This document shows positions 1 through 7,461 of a stretch of DNA of 24,246 nucleotides, one piece after another. Source of the stretch: a virus (taxonomy: Duplodnaviria > Caudoviricetes); the IMG/VR virus record IMGVR_UViG_3300035051_000049, positions 1-24,246 of that record; one strand, 5' to 3'. The notes under the pieces are model-generated. The model searched no databases and had not been told where the DNA came from. It worked only from the letters and a program-made list of their open reading frames with translations. Numbering within the stretch: position 1 is the stretch's first letter; the number at the start of each line of letters is the position of its first letter. The position numbers and the translations under genes are program-made.

Positions 1-330
1 CCCAACGACCCCAAGACTCCACTCGCGGACATGATTTCCGACTTCCACCTCGCGCTCCAGTCCGTCGCCCGTGTGACCGCTATGGGAGTGGAGAAGCACG
101 GACCCCTCGGGGGCTGGCGTAAGGTCCCCGGCTTCAAGCGAGACTATCAGAACAAGAAAGCCCGGCATGCAATCTCGGGCCTGGTGGACGACGGGGGGTT
201 GGATGAGGAGAGCGGGCTTCCGCATCTGGCGCATGAAGCTTGGAACGCTCTCGCGCTTCTCCAGTTCGCGCTCGAGTCGGAGCGTGGGACGGAGGCTGGG
301 ACGCCCGACCCTCACGACGACCATCCGTAG
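1..330 (+). CDS. dATP/dGTP diphosphohydrolase domain protein (DUF5664-like), probably 5'-truncated by the window
   Basis: Motifs V..V...G..K.G...W and D.ESGLPHLAH.AWNAL. Frame is open from base 1 (PNDPKTPLAD before the annotated Met). Confidence 0.8.
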   Translation, partial: PNDPKTPLADMISDFHLALQSVARVTAMGVEKHGPLGGWRKVPGFKRDYQNKKARHAISGLVDDGGLDEESGLPHLAHEAWNALALLQFALESERGTEAGTPDPHDDHP

Positions 331-346
331 GGTCTCCTTGCCTCCC

Positions 347-542
347 CCTTGAACGGAGGGCTGGGGGGTCGGGGGGTTGCCCCTCCCCCCTCCCTCTTGA
401 GTCTTCCGTAGCCCTCTCCGGGCTTCGGGCTTTCCTTGAACAACAGAGAGGCCGGGGGGTTGCCCCTCCCGGCCTCTCGTCTTCCGTAGCCCTCTCCGGG
501 CTTTCGTCTTCCGTGCCCCAACCCTCTCCGGGCTTCGGGCTT
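347..542. repeat. Duplicated ~80-bp unit with GC-rich hairpin between convergent genes; likely termination region
   Basis: GTCTTCCGTAGCCCTCTCCGGGCTT at 401-425 and 479-503. CGGGGGGTTGCCCCTCCC at 370-387 and 453-470. 11-bp stem GAGAGGCCGGG/CCCGGCCTCTC at 446-478. Confidence 0.8.
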
Positions 543-555
543 ATCCCTTGGGGGC

Positions 556-918
556 TTAACCCTTCTTGGGGGCGCGGAACTCCACGAAATCATAGCTCCA
601 CTTCTTCGTTGCCCCCTCGATTAGGGGTTGGATCTCCTCCGCGGGGATCCCCTTCTCCAGGAGTGCTACCGTGAGGAGCTGAGGGTTGATCGCTGATCCG
701 CTACCCTTCCGCAGGTTGATGACCCCCACGCCCTCGACGGGGTTGGACTTCACCCCGAAGCTGGTCATGAGCGGGAGAACCTGCTCCTTTACGTCCTTCT
801 TGATTGTCTCACCCTCATCGATCAGGGCTTTGGCCTTCGCCATTGCGACCGTCGCGCGGTCGAGTGTCGTCTTCAGTTCCTCGTCCACCATTTCTGCCTT
901 CATGCCTTTGGATCCCAT
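556..918 (-). CDS. Hypothetical phage protein (120 aa)
   Basis: AAGGAGG RBS, protein-like composition, last gene of the leftward operon. Confidence 0.8.
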   Translation of the reverse strand: MGSKGMKAEMVDEELKTTLDRATVAMAKAKALIDEGETIKKDVKEQVLPLMTSFGVKSNPVEGVGVINLRKGSGSAINPQLLTVALLEKGIPAEEIQPLIEGATKKWSYDFVEFRAPKKG

Positions 919-1373
919 AATGGTCCCTCCTTTAAAATTTTAATTCTTCGGTCTCTTTCCTTTGCTTCCCTGTCTTCGCGGACCTTATCTTCATTCGCTT
1001 CACGCCATCGCCTTCCGCGTTCCAGCTTCTTCTCCCGGCTCACCTCGGGGACGTATCCGTACTCCCGGTAGACTTCTACCTGATGGAGCACGTGGTCAAT
1101 TCCATCGCGCAGGAGCTGGGATACGAGCTCCGGGTCTATGCCGCTCACCGGGCACTTCCCGCAAACAACCATGCGGTTGACTTGCTGGGTGGGGAGCTGG
1201 TAGACTGATTGGCGATTCTTCAGCACCGTCTTTCCCTCTCCCCCCGGGACCCAGAATTCCCATGTCTCCTCGGTAAGCATGAGGATGGCCTCTTGAGCGA
1301 GAGCGCGATTAGCCTCACAGGAGCGACGACTCATGTCGCAGGTGAGGCTTTCGCACCAGATACGATCCGCTAT
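900..1373 (-). CDS. Hypothetical Cys-motif (possible Zn-binding) protein; start at ATG 1334 or ATA 1373
   Basis: ORF 900-1334 extends in frame to ATA 1373, adding WCESLTC before DMSRRSC. A CGKC motif occurs later. Charged C-terminal helix. Confidence 0.65.
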   Translation of the reverse strand: MADRIWCESLTCDMSRRSCEANRALAQEAILMLTEETWEFWVPGGEGKTVLKNRQSVYQLPTQQVNRMVVCGKCPVSGIDPELVSQLLRDGIDHVLHQVEVYREYGYVPEVSREKKLERGRRWREANEDKVREDREAKERDRRIKILKEGPLWDPKA

Positions 1374-2167
1374 TGAGGGTCCACCTCAGGTGCCAGGTCT
1401 GCCGTCTCGGCGGCCTTGGGCGTGGCTTTACCCTTGGCGGCCTTCGCCTTGCCCTTGGCGGCTTTGGCTTTCGCGGCCTTAACCTTCGCTTTGTCCGCCA
1501 CGGCTTCCTCCTTTTCCTCCTTGGCCTCGACCAGGGCAGCGGCTTCCTTCTTTGCCTTTGCGGCTTTGGCTTTGGCCTCCCGCCGGGCTTTTGCAGCCAC
1601 AGCCTTCTCCTCTTTCTCCTTCTCTGCCGTCACGAGCTCCCGCGTATTCATCCAAGCCAACACGTCGTCCACTCCGTCCAGCCCGTCCTTGGAGTCCTGG
1701 ATGAGACCGCAGGTCTGCTTCAGGTCGAAGAGGGTCAGGTCGTGGCGGGTGTGACTGGTCTTCATAGTTGAGCGGAATATGAGGCGCGTGATGATTTCCA
1801 CGAGCGGGGGAAGGTCAGCTCCAATACCGTTCTCGACGGTAAACTCCAGGACTCCGGAGGCAGTATCCCACTCGATTTCCTCCGACTGGATGAGCATGCG
1901 GGCCATTGATTTACGGGCGCGATTGTGCAGGCGGCCTATGGCAGGAGCGTCACCGACGATGAAAGTAAGCGGTCCGATAGGGGCTTCGGTGAGGCCCAGA
2001 ACCATGATGTCTTCGGTGAGGCTGGAGAAGAAGTCCAGAGATGCCCGGTCTTTCTTCTCGAACGTGATCTCCAGACCCGTTTGGGTCTTGAGATGTTTGA
2101 CGGTTGATGTGAGACCCTTGACGGGTTCGCTCTTGCCTTTGATGACTAGTGATACGACGCAATTCAT
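1370..2167 (-). CDS. Hypothetical protein with Ala/Lys-rich, histone H1-like C-terminal tail
   Basis: AAAGGAG RBS; 265 aa; tail KAKVKAAKAKAAKGKAKAAKGKATPKAA. Confidence 0.85.
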   Translation of the reverse strand: MNCVVSLVIKGKSEPVKGLTSTVKHLKTQTGLEITFEKKDRASLDFFSSLTEDIMVLGLTEAPIGPLTFIVGDAPAIGRLHNRARKSMARMLIQSEEIEWDTASGVLEFTVENGIGADLPPLVEIITRLIFRSTMKTSHTRHDLTLFDLKQTCGLIQDSKDGLDGVDDVLAWMNTRELVTAEKEKEEKAVAAKARREAKAKAAKAKKEAAALVEAKEEKEEAVADKAKVKAAKAKAAKGKAKAAKGKATPKAAETADLAPEVDPQ

Positions 2168-2333
2168 TAGTTCTCCTTTGCGGGGGTTCCCGCTAATTTG
2201 TGGGGGGTGGGTGGTCCCATGGTCCCCTGAGGTTGGGGGAATTTCTCCCCCGTGGTCCCCCTAGGATGGGGGTTAGGGGGTTTCCAGCATAATACCCCTA
2301 ATCCCCCTTCCGTTATTCGACCCGCGACTAGGT

Positions 2334-2504
2334 CTAGAACGGGGGCTCGAGATCATCACCATAAAGATAAAGGATGAGCTCATAATGGTGTTCGACTTGG
2401 GACTCCAAGGTCGCAATCTGGTCTCGCTGTTCAAGCTGGATGTGGGCCAGGATTGCGAGCGCAAGTAGCAAACCAAGGATGCATGAGATGGAGAAGGCCT
2501 TCAT
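2334..2504 (-). CDS. Small membrane-anchored coiled-coil protein (56 aa)
   Basis: GGAGGAG RBS, ATGA overlap with the upstream stop, hydrophobic N-terminus MKAFSISCILGLLLALAILAHI. Confidence 0.7.
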   Translation of the reverse strand: MKAFSISCILGLLLALAILAHIQLEQRDQIATLESQVEHHYELILYLYGDDLEPPF

Positions 2505-2704
2505 GCTCCTCCCCTCAGGGTCCGATCGTACATAGGTCGGGTGTCCCACCTGACGGGTGCTACCCCGCGACCTGAGATGACGTTCCGGCGACGTGAGGGG
2601 TCGTACCCTTCTGGGGGGTTGCAGATTGCGCACCATTCCGGGTTCATTCCGTGTTTGCAGCGGGTGCGGGCTTCGGGTTGCGGGCTTCGGGTGTCGAGTG
2701 TCAT
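2501..2704 (-). CDS. Small protein with CxH-x6-CxxC putative Zn-binding motif
   Basis: GGAGGAAGG RBS, ATGA overlaps on both sides, CKHGMNPEWCAIC. Confidence 0.75.
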   Translation of the reverse strand: MTLDTRSPQPEARTRCKHGMNPEWCAICNPPEGYDPSRRRNVISGRGVAPVRWDTRPMYDRTLRGGA

Positions 2705-2982
2705 AGTCCTTCCTCCAGTATTTCTTCGAGGTTATTGGGATAGTGGTTAGCGCTCATGGGTTGCGGGGTTGGGTCTGGCGTCTCCCATCCGATTCGCCAC
2801 AGGTTGCATGGCATCGGGGGGTTGGGTGCATAGCCGGACAGGAATTTCTCCCCACCCACGAAATCACCTCCGCACCAAACGTTCACTTCGGGTGAGTCGA
2901 ACGGGCAAGGGAGCGGCGCGGCACACCCGTGACCCTCGATATACCTCTGGTTAATCAGTCTCCTCATCTTTGTTCGCGTCAT
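2701..2982 (-). CDS. Hypothetical protein (93 aa, starts MTRTKMRR)
   Basis: AAAGGAGG RBS before ATG 2982; stop overlaps the next start. Confidence 0.65.
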   Translation of the reverse strand: MTRTKMRRLINQRYIEGHGCAAPLPCPFDSPEVNVWCGGDFVGGEKFLSGYAPNPPMPCNLWRIGWETPDPTPQPMSANHYPNNLEEILEEGL

Positions 2983-3034
2983 AAGTCCTCCTTTTCCCGG
3001 CGGGTTAGGCCGGGGGTTTCGGGTTTCGGGCTTC

Positions 3035-3751
3035 TCACGCCGCCACCTGACTTGCGTATTCGTCGCACAGGACCCGCAGGTCCGCTGTCCGTCTCCCAAC
3101 CGAGAACAGGTTCAGGTCCCGGTTGATACGCGTTAGAGCTCCATGCCAAGGGTAAAGTCCGTCGTCCCCTGCCAGCTCCACTTCAGCCCGGTGCATTTCG
3201 CGGAATGCCCCGAATCGGTTTGCGGGTAGAATTCCCCTGTCCATAGCGTCGAACGTCAGGGCTTTCATCTGCGGCTCAGGTAGCGGGATGGCACGCAGTC
3301 CCTCATGCCACTCGTGTAACTCTTTGGCCTGGTCCAGCGCCTTCCCGAATGCCGCGTCCGCCACGTACAGCAGTTCCTCAAAGGTCAATCCGCTGGTGTG
3401 TTTGCGGAATTCCAGGAACTGCCCGGAGAATTGCATGTTGGAGCAGGCAATGACGTGAGTCCCGGCTGCAACTCCGACGGCGAAGGTCTTCATCAGGCTG
3501 TTCCGGAATCCAAGCTGAACCAGGGATCCCCCGTCTCCCAAGGGGATGTCCAGGGTCCATGTCCCAAACATATTACGGCCTGCATTCCGGGTGCTGTAAC
3601 TCTCGTTGACGACTCCCACTCCCTCTGCCTGGACGATCAGGTCTAGGCTGTCCAACACTTCTTTGTGGGAGATCGGGTGCCAAGTCTTCGTGTACTCTGG
3701 GGCCGGGATTGCCTCGATTTCCGACCGGGTGTGACGTTCTTTCGAGTTCAT
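3035..3751 (-). CDS. DUF932-family protein
   Basis: T.TW.PI.H motif, GFRNS...FAVG..AG..V..CSN.QF.G and H(T/S) motifs typical of this family. AAGGAGGAG RBS. Confidence 0.75.
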   Translation of the reverse strand: MNSKERHTRSEIEAIPAPEYTKTWHPISHKEVLDSLDLIVQAEGVGVVNESYSTRNAGRNMFGTWTLDIPLGDGGSLVQLGFRNSLMKTFAVGVAAGTHVIACSNMQFSGQFLEFRKHTSGLTFEELLYVADAAFGKALDQAKELHEWHEGLRAIPLPEPQMKALTFDAMDRGILPANRFGAFREMHRAEVELAGDDGLYPWHGALTRINRDLNLFSVGRRTADLRVLCDEYASQVAA

Positions 3752-3972
3752 GGCTCCTCCTTCTCGAATGCGATTTTTGACCGTCCATCTGGGCTATCCG
3801 TGTCCACAAAACGTGGGGAACGGACGATACGATATCCCGCTCCTCTGTCCGGAACCCAGCTTTCACATTGGTCAATCAAACGGTCCAGGGAGTACCGGGC
3901 ATCCAGCGGGCTTACCCCGTCGGTTCCCAAGATCTCCCGCCCATCACGGGTGAATTGTACGTAAGCTTTCAT
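3748..3972 (-). CDS. Hypothetical protein (74 aa, starts MKAYVQF)
   Basis: AAAGGAG RBS before ATG 3972; ATGA overlap with the DUF932 gene. Confidence 0.75.
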   Translation of the reverse strand: MKAYVQFTRDGREILGTDGVSPLDARYSLDRLIDQCESWVPDRGAGYRIVRSPRFVDTDSPDGRSKIAFEKEEP

Positions 3973-4017
3973 AAGGTTTCTCCTTTGGACCACCCAATGC
4001 GGGTGGCCCGTTTCGGG

Positions 4018-4086
4018 TTAACTGGTTGCTCCCCACAGGAAGAGCAGAAAGATTAGGAATTCGGGGTCCATGAGAAGCTCGATCAT
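4018..4086 (-). CDS. 22-aa hydrophobic peptide MIELLMDPEFLIFLLFLWGATS
   Basis: Read manually. GAAGGAG upstream and ATGA overlap with the stop of 4083-4277. Confidence 0.5.
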   Translation of the reverse strand: MIELLMDPEFLIFLLFLWGATS

Positions 4087-4277
4087 CCGTCACTCTCCTT
4101 CAGCTCATAACCCATGCTGGCCAGGAGTTCGTCTATCGCCTCTACACCGGCATCGGACAGCCCGTGGTCCATGAGGGTGGCGCGCGCCTGCAGAACCCTG
4201 TACTGATTTGCGGTTGGGGTTGGGGTCCGGGCTTCGGGCTGCTGGTTACCCCACGTGATTACCTTGTTCCCTTCCAT
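4083..4277 (-). CDS. Hypothetical protein (64 aa)
   Basis: AAGGAGG RBS; fits the operon. Confidence 0.7.
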   Translation of the reverse strand: MEGNKVITWGNQQPEARTPTPTANQYRVLQARATLMDHGLSDAGVEAIDELLASMGYELKESDG

Positions 4278-4300
4278 GTCGTTCCTCCTTCCATCGTTGG

Positions 4301-4432
4301 TTAACTTACTGTCACCATGGTGTTGGTTATCCGACTGTACTCCAGGATCAACCGTACAATCTCTTGCCTGGTCTCCTCTCTGTCTTCCTCTACCGTGACG
4401 GTTATCACATACGCTCCACGCTGTCTCTCCAT
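4301..4432 (-). CDS. Hypothetical protein (43 aa, starts MERQRGAY)
   Basis: AAGGGAGG RBS before ATG 4432. Confidence 0.6.
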   Translation of the reverse strand: MERQRGAYVITVTVEEDREETRQEIVRLILEYSRITNTMVTVS

Positions 4433-4483
4433 ACTGCCTCCCTTACTGGTTCGTTCGCTCCAATTTGGGGTGATGGACTGCCC

Positions 4484-4557
4484 GTCACCCCACACAACAG
4501 CGCGCGAACCATGGGTCGGGGTCTTGGGTCGCCCCATACAACAGCGCGCGACCCGTG
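4484..4557. repeat. Intergenic ~30-bp direct repeat (44-bp period) next to a hairpin
   Basis: CCCCAYACAACAGCGCGCGA at 4488-4507 and 4532-4551. Hairpin TGGGGTGATGG/CCGTCACCCCA at 4466-4492. Confidence 0.8.
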
Positions 4558-4570
4558 ACCCCGAATTCCA

Positions 4571-4882
4571 TCAGGACTTGGATTTGGTCTTGGTGGACTT
4601 GGCGGACTTGGCTGCCACCTGATTCGCATCGGTCCCAAGGTCGCTGTCATCAGCGGGGAGCAGACCCTTAGCCTTGGCTTCTTCCACCAATTTGAGCGCC
4701 TTAGCCAGGCGTGCGCTGGTCTTGTCCTTGGATTTGGACTTGGATTCCTCCGCATCCCGAATTGCCTTGTCCAGGCGCGCGCGACACTCATTTACGCGGT
4801 CCACAGCCCTGTCGTATGCGCGCTGTGCGATCTCTACCCTTGTCATACCCTTGCCACCATTGATCTCGTGTGTGTTCGCCAT
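4571..4882 (-). CDS. Helical, basic hypothetical protein (103 aa); first gene of the leftward operon
   Basis: AAAGGAGAGG RBS before ATG 4882; coiled-coil-like, with Lys/Ser-rich tail. Confidence 0.75.
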   Translation of the reverse strand: MANTHEINGGKGMTRVEIAQRAYDRAVDRVNECRARLDKAIRDAEESKSKSKDKTSARLAKALKLVEEAKAKGLLPADDSDLGTDANQVAAKSAKSTKTKSKS

Positions 4883-4980
4883 CGTTCCTCTCCTTTGATT
4901 TGGGTCGGGTCCCCGGCAGGATGCCCCATGCACCCCGCCCGGCCCAACCGCCCCAGGGCCAAGCCCCTACCTTATAACGT

Positions 4981-4996
4981 TGCAAGCCCCATACCA
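4981..4996 (-). promoter_or_regulatory. Putative sigma54 (RpoN) -24/-12 promoter for the leftward operon
   Basis: Minus strand reads TGGTATGGGGCTTGCA, matching TGGYAYRNNNNTTGCW with exact GG-N10-GC spacing, ~100 bp upstream of the first gene. Confidence 0.6.
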
Positions 4997-5150
4997 GAGC
5001 GAAAGAGGCAGGTATACCCCAACCAATGGTATGTTTCACGCCGGACACCACAACGGGTAGATCTACCACAGCGTGACAGTTACAAAGGACGGAGGTTTCG
5101 CGAACAGAACAGTGTTCACCCGTGTCCGACGCGGGCTTTGAGCCTGGCAT

Positions 5151-5179
5151 GTGTGACAAAGGATGTCAGTTTGTTACAC
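5151..5179. promoter_or_regulatory. Nested palindromes, candidate operator or upstream activator site
   Basis: GTGTGACAAA-N9-TTTGTTACAC (1 mismatch) containing TGACA-N5-TGTCA at 5154-5168. Confidence 0.45.
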
Positions 5180-5197
5180 GTAATGTTGTTTTCCCCA

Positions 5198-5602
5198 CGA
5201 AACGCTGTTTTGTTTCACGCACATGCTCCAGGACTGCCTTTCGGGTCTTGGTCCGGGTCTTGGTCCTGGAAACCCAAGACCCACGTCGGACACGACCCGT
5301 GGCCATCACAGACCTAGACCGGTGGCGGGATATGCAGGTGTCCCATATTCCTGAACGATGTTTGGGTGGCTAAACCTGAGACCCATTAGCGGTATTCTCG
5401 TTCAGCCCGTTGAACAGCGTTTCGAGCCGCGTCGGTCGGGTTCCTTCGGTTTAATTCGGGTTCAGCCCGCTACCCACTCGTTTAGCCTGCGGAACGGCGT
5501 TTCGCTAGTGGGTAGTGGGTTTCGGTTGCGGAACAGCGTTTCGGGCTTGGGCAGTGGGTTTCGGGTGTGGGCAGCGGATTTCGAGCGCCAAACAGCGTTT
5601 CG
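5198..5602. repeat. Dispersed 12-bp repeat AACRGCGTTTCG (4 direct, 1 inverted)
   Basis: Direct copies at 5413, 5493, 5532 and 5591; inverted copy at 5198-5209. A 39-bp tandem unit starts at 5489 and 5528. Confidence 0.8.
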
Positions 5603-6045
5603 GTCTCGATCGGTCCGTTTGGGAAGTGGGTACCAGGTTACGGGAGCGAAACAGTGTTATTGGGTGGCGAACGCGGTACTTGAGTGGCGAACTGGTGACT
5701 CAGGGGGACCCGGCCTGGGGGGAAGGGATTGTGAGCGACACCCCCCCCCTACATATTTGGATACGGTACCTCTCGCGTCAGACAAGTATTCAATATCCAG
5801 AGAATTACCCCGCCGCCGCACCACAGGTCTGGATGGTAAGTTGGGGGAGGCCCGAAGCGGGTAGCCCGTGTACCACAACGTGAAACCCGCCGCCCACATA
5901 GGAGATTTCCCCCCAAGCTCCCACCTCCGGCCACCTCGAAGCTCAAAGGTTGAGTGGGTTTAGGGTTCTGCCGCCGCTACCCCCCGGAATTGGTCCCTCC
6001 TGGGTCCCGCTCAGCCTCCTCCCGCAACCCGTGGGGGGTCGACCG

Positions 6046-6094
6046 AAACCCGTAACCCGAAACCCATAACCCGAAACCCGAAACCCGTAACCCG
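6046..6094 (+). repeat. Seven tandem heptamers WAACCCR immediately upstream of terS
   Basis: AAACCCG TAACCCG AAACCCA TAACCCG AAACCCG AAACCCG TAACCCG. Confidence 0.95.
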
Positions 6095-6105
6095 TAGAGG
6101 AATGC

Positions 6106-6531
6106 ATGGACAAGGAAACGAAAGAAACAATGATCGCAATGCTCGAGGATATCCCGAACATCACTGCCGTACGGAAGCTCCTGGGGATATCGGCCGACGC
6201 GTACCAGCAGGCCAGAAAGGATCCCGAGTTTGTGCGAAGGGTGAAGGTCGCGAGGGGTGCAGGATACGACATGATGGAACACGAAGCTCACCGGCGTGCG
6301 GTCGAGGGTTGGGTGGAACCAGTCTTCTACCGCGGGGAACTCGTGGCAGGGGAAGACGGAAAACCCGTGGGGGTTCGCCGTTACTCCGATACCCTCCTCA
6401 AATTCCTCCTCAAACACTGCAACCCGAAGAAGTTTAACCCCGGAGTGAACGTGAACGTGGGGGACGGAGAGAAGGTGAAGCTGGTATTCAACGTAGGGCC
6501 GCCCTTGCCCGTGAAGGAATCCGATGATTAG
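6106..6531 (+). CDS. terS: Terminase small subunit (putative)
   Basis: N-terminal HTH-like segment and EA.RRAVEG..EPVFY.G...RYSD.LL.FLLK...P.KF motif; first late gene. Confidence 0.75.
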   Translation: MDKETKETMIAMLEDIPNITAVRKLLGISADAYQQARKDPEFVRRVKVARGAGYDMMEHEAHRRAVEGWVEPVFYRGELVAGEDGKPVGVRRYSDTLLKFLLKHCNPKKFNPGVNVNVGDGEKVKLVFNVGPPLPVKESDD

Positions 6532-6601
6532 CGGGGAGACCATAGCGGTTTACCTTCTGATCTGGGGGGCGATTCTGCTCCTCGGGAGGGATGAACCGTA
6601 G
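6524..6601 (+). CDS. 25-aa single-TM peptide MISGETIAVYLLIWGAILLLGRDEP
   Basis: Read manually. AAGGA upstream; overlaps the terS stop. Confidence 0.45.
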   Translation: MISGETIAVYLLIWGAILLLGRDEP

Positions 6602-6625
6602 CCCGCGGCCCGCGAAGGAGGAGGT

Positions 6626-6757
6626 ATGAGAGACAAGTATCCAGCGATTATAGCCCTAGGCGTCATCGGGGGCCTATGCGTCGCATTCGACGTCAGTTAC
6701 GCGAAAGAGGTAGTCCTGATGATTATCGGAGTCGTCTCTGCCGTGATTCGCGACTAG
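6626..6757 (+). CDS. 43-aa protein with two hydrophobic segments, holin-like
   Basis: Read manually: MRDKYPAIIALGVIGGLCVAFDVSYAKEVVLMIIGVVSAVIRD, with strong AGGAGGAGG RBS. Confidence 0.7.
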   Translation: MRDKYPAIIALGVIGGLCVAFDVSYAKEVVLMIIGVVSAVIRD

Positions 6758-6810
6758 CCCGCCATCCGTAGCCCGTAGCCCGTAACCCTCATCCCGTAGA
6801 GGAGGAGACC

Positions 6811-7044
6811 ATGTACAAACTCACTATTACACCCGCCATACCCCCGAGCTTTCGCGACAAGCTGGAGGCTCTTCTTCGCACCGAAGGCTGTATTATCAAG
6901 GGGAGAGGAACGGAATTCGCGGGCTCCACCCGCTCAACCATCGAATTTGCCAACTACAGACTCTCTCGGGTTCGCGGGTCTCTCGCTGCCATATGCGAGG
7001 GGGCTCGCGAGTCCGACAACCCACTCAACAAGGAGGAAGTATGA
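6811..7044 (+). CDS. Hypothetical protein (77 aa)
   Basis: GAGGAGGAG RBS; ATGA overlap with the next gene. Confidence 0.75.
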   Translation: MYKLTITPAIPPSFRDKLEALLRTEGCIIKGRGTEFAGSTRSTIEFANYRLSRVRGSLAAICEGARESDNPLNKEEV

Positions 7045-7442
7045 AAAAGTTAATCTGCGCTCTGGTGACCCTGATGGGTTTCGCCCTGGCAGGCTGCGCC
7101 ACGTCCGGCACGCCCGACCCGATCGACACCAACCGGATTCTCCAGGTGACCCAAACAATCTATCTGGACGTCAGGACCGTAGTGACTGATCCAGAAGTCC
7201 TACCTCTCTTCACCGACGAGGAGCTCGAACGTCTGGCGGAATTAGAGCGAAAGTACCTGGAGGTGGCCGAACGGATGAAAGCCTTCCCCGAAGACGCCGA
7301 GGCTATCGAGCAGGTGTCTTTCCTGGCCGGAGAGATCCTGGAGATTCTGGACGAGATAACGTTCGTAGAGAAGGCAAGACCTTACGTCGCCGCGATCCGG
7401 ATTTCGATTGGGATTCTGAGGAACCACCTACCACGAACCTAA
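7041..7442 (+). CDS. Lipoprotein (133 aa)
   Basis: AAGGAGG RBS; signal peptide MKKLICALVTLMGFA-LAGC with lipobox; helical mature part. Confidence 0.85.
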   Translation: MKKLICALVTLMGFALAGCATSGTPDPIDTNRILQVTQTIYLDVRTVVTDPEVLPLFTDEELERLAELERKYLEVAERMKAFPEDAEAIEQVSFLAGEILEILDEITFVEKARPYVAAIRISIGILRNHLPRT

Positions 7443-7461
7443 CTCCGGGAGGTAGAAGACA

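Noticed and set aside
240-593. ORFs 240-674 (+) and 312-593 (-)
   Set aside because: Translations of the repeat/hairpin region that overlap better-supported genes.
4484-4557. Mini-CRISPR array (also considered for 17059-17121 and 5489-5566)
   Set aside because: Only two copies each, intervening sequence too short for spacers, repeats unrelated to each other, and no cas genes.
4868-5946. Several 65-168-aa ORFs in the control region
   Set aside because: No RBS, repeat-derived low-complexity translations, and mutual overlap.
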